A program made the translations under genes and the position numbers. The notes below the pieces were generated by a model. That model searched no databases. It was not told where the DNA came from and saw only the letters and a program-made list of their open reading frames with translations. A stretch of 9,189 bases of DNA from PVC group bacterium. GTDB lineage: Bacteria; GCA-001730085; JADFSZ01. Where the stretch lies: the NCBI GenBank assembly GCA_022560555.1, contig JADFSZ010000059.1, positions 1 through 9,189 of the forward strand, in the 5' to 3' direction. Below are positions 1 to 6,594 of this stretch, piece by piece. Each line of letters begins with the position of its first letter. The stretch's first letter is position 1.

Positions 1-96
1 AACTGGACCACAGCCCTACAAAATGAATAACTCATTTATAATAGAGGGGTTATAACACTCAAAAACCGTAAAAAAAGCAATATATGCTTAAAAGGT

Positions 97-261
97 GAGT
101 TTCCGGTTTACGGTCTGCAGTTTCCGGTTAAAATAGTTGAGTTTGCAGTTTTCGGCTAAATGCGGCTGTTTGAGTTTTTTAAAAACTGGAGACTGGAAAC
201 AGCAAACCGGAAACTGAGTTTCTGAACTGGAAACAGGAAACTGAAAACTGGAAACCGTTAA
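97..261. repeat. Dyad-symmetric array of degenerate 7-nt repeats: TTTCCGG-type units on the left arm and their reverse complement (CYGGAAA-type) on the right arm, centred on T6A5 at 175-185
   Basis: Left arm read in 7-nt register from 100: TTTCCGG TTTACGG TCTGCAG TTTCCGG (100-127), two degenerate units, then TTTGCAG TTTTCGG (142-155). Right arm from 186: CTGGAGA CTGGAAA CAGCAAA CCGGAAA (186-213), a break at 214-226, then CTGGAAA CAGGAAA CTGAAAA CTGGAAA CCGTTAA (227-261). The centre AGTTTTTTAAAAACT (173-187) is near-palindromic. GCTGTTT (164-170) is complementary to AAACAGC (197-203). Confidence 0.75.
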
Positions 262-262
262 T

Positions 263-1207
263 ATGAAGATACTTGTGACAGGAAGCGCCGGTTTTATCGG
301 ATCGGCTTTAGCCTCAAGACTTTTAGAGCTTGGGCACGTTGTGATCGGTATGGACTCCTTTTTGGATTATTATCCGCGTAAGCAAAAAGAGAACAACCTC
401 AAAAAAATCAACAATCACTCTTCTTTCAAGTTTTATGAAAAAAATCTCATTGACGCGGATCTTGGAGAGGTTTTGCCTAAGGTGGATGTCATTTATCACT
501 TGGCGGCGCAGGCTGGTGTTCGGGCCAGTTGGGGTAAGGAGTTTTCAATTTATGCGGACAATAATATACTGGGAACACAGATTCTTTTAGAATTGGCGCA
601 AAGTTGGAAAGTGAAACGGATTGTATACGCATCTTCTTCCTCTGTGTATGGAAATGCAGTCCGTTATCCCGTCAAAGAAGATGACCCCTTGCATCCGGTG
701 TCTCCCTATGGTGTTTCAAAATTGGCGGCTGAACATTTGTGTGCTTTATACGGTCAATCAACAGGGATTTCGGTGCTCATGCTAAGGTATTTTACGGTGT
801 ATGGTCCCGGCCAGCGTCCGGACATGGCGTTTCACCGTTTTATACGAAGCGCCTTGCGGGATGAACCGATTGTTGTTTATGGTGACGGAAAGCAGACGCG
901 GGATTTTACGTTCATTGAAGACGCCGTTTCGGCGAATTGCCAAGCCCTTGAGAAAGGGAAACCGGGCACAGTTTATAATATCGGCGGAGGAGAAAGGGTG
1001 TCCATCAATTTTGTACTGGATATGATCAAGAAGATTATTGGACGCGAAATCAAAATCGAATATCAAGACACGGTGAAAGGTGATGTTCGGCATACTTCGG
1101 CAGATACCACCCGCGCGAGAAATGATTTAGGTTTTGATCCGAAAACCACCTTGGAAGACGGCCTCCAAAAAGAAGTCGAATGGGTCAAGGAATTTTACCG
1201 ATTATGA
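263..1207 (+). CDS. NAD-dependent nucleotide-sugar epimerase/dehydratase, extended SDR family (UDP-glucose/UDP-glucuronate 4-epimerase-like)
   Basis: 314-aa ORF. N-terminal Rossmann motif MKILVTGSAGFIGS (GxxGxxG). Catalytic serine region ASSSSVYG and YxxxK as SPYGVSKLAAE. C-terminal GDVRHTSADTTRARNDLGFDPKTTLEDGL is typical of this family. Substrate cannot be assigned from sequence alone. Confidence 0.9.
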   Translation: MKILVTGSAGFIGSALASRLLELGHVVIGMDSFLDYYPRKQKENNLKKINNHSSFKFYEKNLIDADLGEVLPKVDVIYHLAAQAGVRASWGKEFSIYADNNILGTQILLELAQSWKVKRIVYASSSSVYGNAVRYPVKEDDPLHPVSPYGVSKLAAEHLCALYGQSTGISVLMLRYFTVYGPGQRPDMAFHRFIRSALRDEPIVVYGDGKQTRDFTFIEDAVSANCQALEKGKPGTVYNIGGGERVSINFVLDMIKKIIGREIKIEYQDTVKGDVRHTSADTTRARNDLGFDPKTTLEDGLQKEVEWVKEFYRL

Positions 1208-2244
1208 AGCACCTGATCCTGTTCGATGTTGACGGCGTTCTTTTTGATGTTTCCGGGTCCTATCGATCCGTTATTATCCGGACGGTGGAATATTATTTAA
1301 AAAGAATTCTTGGCTTCAAGCTGCCCCGTGGACACATTGTATGCGGAAAAGACATTGATGCTCTAAAATATTTTGGCGGATTTAATGATGATTGGGATTT
1401 GACAGCCGGATTACTTTACTATTATCTGGATTTATTGGATCTTCCTTCAGGTGTGTTGTTAAAGCGTTCCAATGATCTTGAAGTTAACCTCCATCAGCTT
1501 TCACGCTGGAAAAAGGAATTTCGGGCATCTGCCGTTCCGGAAAGAATTCAAACGCGGAGACTCAAAAAATTTTTAGAAAACATCCCTTGCCGGCATCGAG
1601 GGCTCGATGCTATCATTCGTTCGGTTGGGGACAAGGCAAAAAATCTTGTGTTTTACGGAGGCAAACTTGAATCAACGAATATTGTACGCCGCATATTTCA
1701 AGAAGCCTATCTTGGCCGTAAGTGTTTTAGGCGTGCGTATGGTCTAACATCTAAATTTATTAAATCCAACGGAGCGTATTTAAAAGAAAAACCATTGATC
1801 CCAAAAACAGTATTTAAAAAGTTGACGGAACAGGGGCATACTCTCGGGCTTGTGACCGGCCGGCCGCGTTCAGAATTAATGCCGACAATGGATCGCTTTC
1901 AAATGGACATGTATTTTTCAGTGGTTGTTCCGGTTGATGTGGTTTGGAAGGAAGAAAAAAAGAAATATCAAAGGACCGGAAGAAAAATTTCCCTGACAAA
2001 ACCGAACCCTTTTTCGCTTGTTTACGCGATTCAGGCGGCGAAAGGGCGTTTTGATAGTGTTTTTTATGTGGGAGATCAACCGGATGATATGCGCGCTGCT
2101 CGAAACGTCCGGAAACGATACCCCAAGGTTAAAGCCATCGGATATGTACCGGATAAGGATCGCGCCCGTATTCAGCAACTTAAGAAAGCCGGAGCTTGTG
2201 TGGTCGCAAATGATGCCCGAAGCTTGTTTGAAATACTTTCTTAA
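1204..2244 (+). CDS. HAD-superfamily hydrolase (phosphatase-like) with an unusually large cap insertion
   Basis: HAD motif I LILFDVDGVLFDV (DxDG), motif II LGLVTGRP, motif III lysine in LTKPNP, motif IV YVGDQPDDMRAA. About 190 aa lie between motifs I and II. I prefer the start at ATG 1204 (MKHLILFDVDG), which overlaps the epimerase stop as ATGA (1204-1207), over the track start at 1180. Confidence 0.85.
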   Translation: MKHLILFDVDGVLFDVSGSYRSVIIRTVEYYLKRILGFKLPRGHIVCGKDIDALKYFGGFNDDWDLTAGLLYYYLDLLDLPSGVLLKRSNDLEVNLHQLSRWKKEFRASAVPERIQTRRLKKFLENIPCRHRGLDAIIRSVGDKAKNLVFYGGKLESTNIVRRIFQEAYLGRKCFRRAYGLTSKFIKSNGAYLKEKPLIPKTVFKKLTEQGHTLGLVTGRPRSELMPTMDRFQMDMYFSVVVPVDVVWKEEKKKYQRTGRKISLTKPNPFSLVYAIQAAKGRFDSVFYVGDQPDDMRAARNVRKRYPKVKAIGYVPDKDRARIQQLKKAGACVVANDARSLFEILS

Positions 2245-2293
2245 TGTACAATTGCAATAGACTAAAAGAGGACCATCCCAAAGGTATCGTTTT

Positions 2294-3748
2294 ATGGAAG
2301 AAATAAATGATTTGATGAAGGTGCGTCGTGAGAAATTGAGTTCCATCGAAGCCAAGGGGCAAAACGCGTACGGGAAAAAATTTGAAGTATCCAGCACAAT
2401 TGAAGACGTGAAAAGTACGTATAACGCGGATACGCCCATAACGGTATGTGTGGCCGGACGTGTGATGACGTGGCGGGGACATGGCAAAGCATTGTTTTTT
2501 GATATCAAAGACGGAACGGGCACAATGCAGGTTTATACAAAACTGAATGATCTTGAGCCGGAGTCCTTTGAAGCTCTTAAGGAAACGGATATAGGAGACA
2601 TATTGGGTGTGAAGGGAGAGGTCTTTAAGACCCGTACGGGGGAGATCACGATTAAACTGTCCCAGTACACTCTTCTTGCTAAATCACTTCGCCCATTGCC
2701 TGAAAAATGGCATGGCTTAACGGATGTTGAGACGCGGTATCGCCAAAGATATGTGGATTTGATTGTCAATCCGGAAGTGATGGATGTGTTCAAAAAGCGA
2801 AGCCGGATTATTAAAGAGATTCGCTCCATTTTAGACAAAAAGGGATATTTAGAAGTCGAGACCCCCATGATGCAGTCAATTCCCGGAGGCGCGATTGCGC
2901 GTCCGTTCAAAACACATCATAATGCGCTTGGGATCGATTTGTATTTGCGGATTGCACCGGAATTATTTTTAAAACGCTTATTGGTCGGAGGGATGGAAAA
3001 GGTTTACGAGATCAATAGGAGTTTTCGAAACGAGGGGATCTCTCCCAGACATAATCCGGAATTTACTATGCTGGAGGCGTACGCGGCGTACGCGGATTAT
3101 CAGGATATGATGGATCTTACGGAAGAAATCATTTGCGGAGTGGCCAAGAGTGTTCTTGACACACAATGCCTCAAGTATCAAAATGCCTCGCTGGATTTGA
3201 AACGTCCCTGGGAACGTCTGGGGTTCCATGAAGCGATAGAGAAGTACGCCGATGTGAAGCTTGATCAGGAAAAAGATGTTCCGGCTTTAGCAAAAAAGCT
3301 TGAGGTCAAATTTGATCCCGGTATGATTGATGATGCCATTTTACTAGAAATATTTGATGAAAAAGTAGAGCCCAATCTTGTTGGTCCTGTTTTTATTGTG
3401 GATTATCCGGCGCGTTTATGTCCTTTGACAAAAATTAAGGAAGGACATCCGGATATTGCGGAACGCTTTGAGCTGTATTTGGGGGGGCAAGAGGTTGCGA
3501 ACGCGTATTCGGAATTAAATCATCCGATTATCCAAAGGGATAAGTTTGAGAAACAAATTGAAGATCATATCAATGAAGGGGAGGTTAAGAGTATTGATTA
3601 TGATTATATTCGTGCTTTAGAGTATGGCATGCCTCCCGCGGGAGGCTTAGGTATCGGTATTGATCGGCTTGTGATGATACTCACGAACATGACCAATATT
3701 CGTGACGTGATCTTGTTCCCACAGATGAAACCAGAACCCAATGAATAA
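2294..3748 (+). CDS. lysS: Lysine--tRNA ligase, class II
   Basis: 484-aa ORF. N-terminal OB anticodon-binding region (VCVAGRVMTWRGHGKALFFDIKDGTG). Class II motif 1 (GYLEVETPMM), motif 2 (FRNEGISPRHNPEFTMLEAY) and motif 3 (GGLGIGIDRLVMIL). The RYRQRYVDL signature of LysRS is present. Confidence 0.95.
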   Translation: MEEINDLMKVRREKLSSIEAKGQNAYGKKFEVSSTIEDVKSTYNADTPITVCVAGRVMTWRGHGKALFFDIKDGTGTMQVYTKLNDLEPESFEALKETDIGDILGVKGEVFKTRTGEITIKLSQYTLLAKSLRPLPEKWHGLTDVETRYRQRYVDLIVNPEVMDVFKKRSRIIKEIRSILDKKGYLEVETPMMQSIPGGAIARPFKTHHNALGIDLYLRIAPELFLKRLLVGGMEKVYEINRSFRNEGISPRHNPEFTMLEAYAAYADYQDMMDLTEEIICGVAKSVLDTQCLKYQNASLDLKRPWERLGFHEAIEKYADVKLDQEKDVPALAKKLEVKFDPGMIDDAILLEIFDEKVEPNLVGPVFIVDYPARLCPLTKIKEGHPDIAERFELYLGGQEVANAYSELNHPIIQRDKFEKQIEDHINEGEVKSIDYDYIRALEYGMPPAGGLGIGIDRLVMILTNMTNIRDVILFPQMKPEPNE

Positions 3749-3835
3749 TGGCAATTGAATAGTGGATAATATCCAAAAAGTAGATATAATCAGCATTCTT
3801 TATCCATATCACTTTTTATCGGAGTGTAGTGATTT

Positions 3836-5461
3836 ATGTCTTATTTAGTTTTTGCCCGTAAATACCGTCCTCAAACCTTTGATGAGTTAGTCGGCCAAGA
3901 GCCTATTGCCACAACTCTTAAGAACGCGATTGAGACCGATAGGGCCCCGCACGCGTTTTTATTTACGGGTCCCCGTGGTGTGGGAAAAACCAGTATGGCG
4001 AGAATTTTGGCAAAATCACTTAATTGTGAAAAAGGACCGACTGTAAACCCCTGTGGAAAATGCTCGCTCTGTGATGAGATTACGAAGGGAGTAAGTCTGG
4101 ACGTGATTGAAATAGACGGCGCCTCCAATCGGGGAATTGATGATATTCGCCAACTAAGAGAGGGAGCTCAATTTGTTCCGGTGCGAGCTAAATACAAAGT
4201 CTACATTATTGATGAAGTGCATCAAATCACACAGGATGCTTTCAATGCTCTTTTGAAAATGCTGGAAGAACCTCCCAGACATTTGAAATTTATTTTCGCA
4301 ACTACGGAACCCCAAAAGATACCACTCACGATTTTGTCTCGTTGTCAGCGTTTTGATTTCCGGCGCATAACGAGCCAAGTTATTGTCGAAACCATTCGTG
4401 ATATTTGCCGGAAGGAAAAAATACAAATTGAAGAAGATGCCCTGTTCTCAATTGCCCGTTTCGCGGATGGGAGTTTGCGTGATGCTCAGTCTTTGCTTGA
4501 TCAGCTGATATCATTTTCTTCGGCTAAAATCACAAAAACCGATGTCCTAAATCTTTCTGGGGCCGTAACAGATGACCAGTATTTTGGATTGCTGTCTGAG
4601 ATTCACTTAAAAGAGGGCCCGAAGGCCCTCATAAGGTTGAGGCAAATTTACGATCAGGGAGCCGATCTCCCCCGGTTTTTTACGGATTTAGTCATGTTTC
4701 TCCGTGATTTGATTGTTGTAAAAGCGGTTGAAGATCAAGAAGATCTCAAAAAAATGGAACTGCATCCGGAATACGTGGAACGTATTAAGAAAACAACGGA
4801 TTTGTTTACGCAACACGAATTGTTCTATATTTTCCATGTGATAAAGGTTCTCGCCGAAGATATACGTCGTGCTCAAGATGTCATGGTGGTTAGTGAAATT
4901 GCTGTTTTGCGTCTCATCGCGATGCCAAAAAGTGCTACTGTGGATGAGCTATTAACTCTTTTGAAAAAGCAAGGTGCTAAAGGAGTTTCGGCGCATGCTC
5001 GCCAGGAAGAGGTGGCTCAGGCTCCTCTCTCGAATCCTGATCTTCCTCAACCTAAATCAAACCCTTCTAGCAACGCAACTGACGAAGAAAAAATAGAGAA
5101 GATGTTGCGTCTCGTTAAAGAGAAGAGCATTACGATTGGTCTTAATCTCAGCAAAGCAGGAAAAATTAAGATTGAGGGAAACAAACTTCTGTTTGGGTTT
5201 CGCACGCGTGATATGTTTCATAAAGAAATTGTGAATAAGAACGAATCCCGTGAGGTTATTGGTGCCGTGGCTAAGGGTATTTATGGCCGTGAGCTTCGAG
5301 TGGACTTTTTTGATTTGGAAAAAAAACCTGATTCTTCTGTGAAAGACCGGAATCAAGAGCTAAAAACATCTGCCAAGCAAGTTTTGAACGATCCTAGTGT
5401 TCAAGGTATCATTAATACGTTTGATGCTGAGATAATTAATATTGAAAGGGCGCGTCCATGA
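3836..5461 (+). CDS. dnaX: DNA polymerase III subunit gamma/tau (clamp loader)
   Basis: 541-aa ORF. KYRPQTFDELVGQ N-terminus, Walker A GPRGVGKTS, Zn module CEKGPTVNPCGKCSLC, Walker B IIDEVHQ, sensor SRCQRF, and a Pro/Ser/Asn-rich linker (APLSNPDLPQPKSNPSSN) before a C-terminal domain. GGAG at 3821-3824 lies 11 nt upstream of the ATG. Confidence 0.95.
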   Translation: MSYLVFARKYRPQTFDELVGQEPIATTLKNAIETDRAPHAFLFTGPRGVGKTSMARILAKSLNCEKGPTVNPCGKCSLCDEITKGVSLDVIEIDGASNRGIDDIRQLREGAQFVPVRAKYKVYIIDEVHQITQDAFNALLKMLEEPPRHLKFIFATTEPQKIPLTILSRCQRFDFRRITSQVIVETIRDICRKEKIQIEEDALFSIARFADGSLRDAQSLLDQLISFSSAKITKTDVLNLSGAVTDDQYFGLLSEIHLKEGPKALIRLRQIYDQGADLPRFFTDLVMFLRDLIVVKAVEDQEDLKKMELHPEYVERIKKTTDLFTQHELFYIFHVIKVLAEDIRRAQDVMVVSEIAVLRLIAMPKSATVDELLTLLKKQGAKGVSAHARQEEVAQAPLSNPDLPQPKSNPSSNATDEEKIEKMLRLVKEKSITIGLNLSKAGKIKIEGNKLLFGFRTRDMFHKEIVNKNESREVIGAVAKGIYGRELRVDFFDLEKKPDSSVKDRNQELKTSAKQVLNDPSVQGIINTFDAEIINIERARP

Positions 5462-5766
5462 ATATGCTAAAAATGATGAAGCAGGCCAAGGAAATGCAGT
5501 CAAAAATGAAAGATGTGCAAAAGGGGCTTTCTAAAACCGAAGTGGAGGGTAGTGCCGGCGGGGGAGCTGTAAGGGTGACGGCCACGGGGGATTTTCAAAT
5601 TCGTAAAGTTGAGATACATCCGGACGTTGTTGATTCAGATCGCGTGAGAAAACTGGAAGATTTAGTTTTGAGTGCATGCCGCCAAGCCATGGATCGCGCT
5701 AAACAGGTCTCAGAGTCGGAAATAAAAAAAGTCACGGGTGGAATGAGCCTCCCCGGATTATTTTAA
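5458..5766 (+). CDS. ybaB: YbaB/EbfC family nucleoid-associated DNA-binding protein
   Basis: 102-aa ORF with MMKQAKEMQSKM..., GSAGGGAVRVTATGDFQIRKVEI and a C-terminal GGMSLPGLF, all typical of YbaB/EbfC. The start overlaps the dnaX stop as ATGA (5458-5461), the canonical dnaX-ybaB arrangement. Confidence 0.92.
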   Translation: MNMLKMMKQAKEMQSKMKDVQKGLSKTEVEGSAGGGAVRVTATGDFQIRKVEIHPDVVDSDRVRKLEDLVLSACRQAMDRAKQVSESEIKKVTGGMSLPGLF

Positions 5767-5841
5767 TAAAAAAGTGTTTATAGGTAATAGATGTTTTAAT
5801 AAGAACTATTTTTAATAAAAATTATTGAAAGGAATAAACTC

Positions 5842-6186
5842 ATGTTTGATTACGTTATGTTATTTGCGCAGGCACCGGCACCCGCTCCCAGTCAATCCGG
5901 AGGACCGGCGGGGTTTATTGTTCAAATGTTTCCGATGATTTTGATTATTGGGATATTTTATATGCTGCTTATACGTCCCCAGCAGAAAAAGCAAAAAGAG
6001 CACAAGGCTATGGTGGCTAATCTCAAGAAGGGGGACAATGTGGTCACCTCAGGTGGGATTTATGGTGTGATTGCCGGTGTTAAAGATAAAGCTTTTACGG
6101 TTAAGGTGGCGGATAATGTCAAAATCGACGTTACGAAAGGGTCCATTTCAACCGTACTAAAAAAGAAAGAAGAAAATACCGGATAA
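5842..6186 (+). CDS. yajC: Preprotein translocase subunit YajC
   Basis: 114-aa ORF with a single hydrophobic helix (FPMILIIGIFYMLLI) followed by RPQQKKQKEHKAMVANLKKGDNVVTSGGIYGVI, the YajC signature. AAAGGA ends 8 nt upstream of the ATG. Confidence 0.9.
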   Translation: MFDYVMLFAQAPAPAPSQSGGPAGFIVQMFPMILIIGIFYMLLIRPQQKKQKEHKAMVANLKKGDNVVTSGGIYGVIAGVKDKAFTVKVADNVKIDVTKGSISTVLKKKEENTG

Positions 6187-6487
6187 AAGGCTCCCGTCTC
6201 AAAACCGTTCACGACTTTCACGGGCTAACTCTTCTTCTAAGCTCCCCGAAAAATGTTTTATGACCTTATTCATAGGCTTCTTTTGCAAGAGCCCCGTTAT
6301 GGAGCTTTTCTTCGTAAATCAAGCTCATCTGGCAAGGCTAGAACAATCAAAGTGTATATTCAAATTCTTCAAAGTTTGACACCCCTTGGTATGAGGGGCG
6401 GCCATTTAAGTAACTTTCCTACTTAGGATCAGAGTTCACTGGATTCCCTTTCAATTCTCCCACAGATACCTCCCAATACAGCTCGTA

Positions 6488-6527
6488 GGTGTAAGGAGAG
6501 TGTGGTTTGAAAGAAAGGTGTAGGAGA
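6488..6527 (+). repeat. Direct repeat GGTGTA(A)GGAGA, two copies starting 29 bp apart, upstream of the putative promoter of the receiver-kinase gene
   Basis: GGTGTAAGGAGA at 6488-6499 and GGTGTAGGAGA at 6517-6527. The second copy ends about 30 nt upstream of the TATAAT at 6558. Confidence 0.5.
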
Positions 6528-6554
6528 TTCCATCTCATCACGAAGAGTCATTTA

Positions 6555-6563
6555 TGCTATAAT
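6555..6563 (+). promoter_or_regulatory. Candidate extended -10 promoter element (TGcTATAAT) for the 6595 gene
   Basis: TG at 6555-6556, one spacer base, then consensus TATAAT at 6558-6563, about 32 nt upstream of ATG 6595. The -35 position (TCATCA, 6535-6540) matches poorly, which an extended -10 can tolerate. Sequence pattern only. Confidence 0.35.
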
Positions 6564-6594
6564 ACCAGCCTGTTCTGAAGGAACCATCCATTAT

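Noticed and set aside
1-96. Possible gene ends at the left edge: a + frame ending ...NWTTALQNE* at TAA 28-30, or a minus-strand start at 35 reading MSYSFCRAVVQ...
   Set aside because: Only about 10 codons are visible in either case. That is too little to support any call.
782-1093. Minus-strand 103-aa ORF and the plus-strand alternative-frame 74-aa ORF (801-1025) inside the epimerase gene
   Set aside because: Both lie entirely within a CDS that has strong SDR motif support. Their translations have no recognisable motifs, so they are shadow ORFs.
1180-1203. Track start (ATG 1180, MGQGILPI...) for the HAD gene
   Set aside because: It would overlap the epimerase 3' end by 28 nt. ATG 1204 gives the canonical ATGA overlap and places the DxDG motif at the usual distance from the N-terminus.
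1814-2523. Minus-strand ORFs of 61, 201, 100 and 66 aa, and the plus-strand 80-aa ORF (2018-2260), across the HAD 3' end and the lysS 5' end
   Set aside because: They are antisense or out of frame relative to two genes with clear family motifs. The 201-aa translation is low-complexity and rich in Ile, Phe, Asn and Ser, with no domain signature, and it would need to span the intergenic spacer.
2533-3229. Minus-strand ORFs of 125 aa and 83 aa inside lysS
   Set aside because: They are antisense shadows of a confidently identified class II LysRS and show no motifs.
3749-3835. The lysS-dnaX spacer as a possible SRP RNA locus (found upstream of dnaX in some bacteria) or promoter (TATAAT at 3785-3790)
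   Set aside because: At 87 nt and AT-rich it is too short and lacks any GC-rich helix or GNAR-loop pattern for SRP RNA. The TATAAT has no acceptable -35 at 16-19 nt, since TTGAAT at 3755-3760 is 24 nt away, so I did not list a promoter as a feature.
4745-4757. An A7 run (4748-4754, CTC AAA AAA ATG) in dnaX as a possible gamma-subunit frameshift or slippage site
   Set aside because: It lies at about residue 305, inside the clamp-loader core rather than after domain III. The -1 frame continues for about 30 codons instead of stopping promptly, and the base preceding the run is C, so the X XXY YYZ pattern is incomplete.
5084-5096. An A6 run (5088-5093, GAA GAA AAA ATA) in the dnaX linker as a possible recoding site
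   Set aside because: The position after the core is plausible and a TAG lies immediately in the +1 frame. However, the zero-frame codons (AAA AUA) do not form a -1 slippery heptamer, and the -1 frame stops only after about 8 codons. The evidence is insufficient. Proteomics for a gamma-sized product could revisit it.
3871-5356. Minus-strand ORFs of 85, 90, 62 and 99 aa inside dnaX
   Set aside because: They are antisense to a confidently identified dnaX and have no recognisable features.
6253-6426. A plus-strand 57-aa ORF in the yajC-REC gap (MFYDLIHRLLLQEPRYGAFLRKSSSSGKARTIKVYIQILQSLTPLGMRGGHLSNFPT)
   Set aside because: It has no Shine-Dalgarno sequence, no recognisable motif and a composition unlike its neighbours. 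It also overlaps more protein-like broken frames on the opposite strand. I kept it only as a note inside the gap finding.
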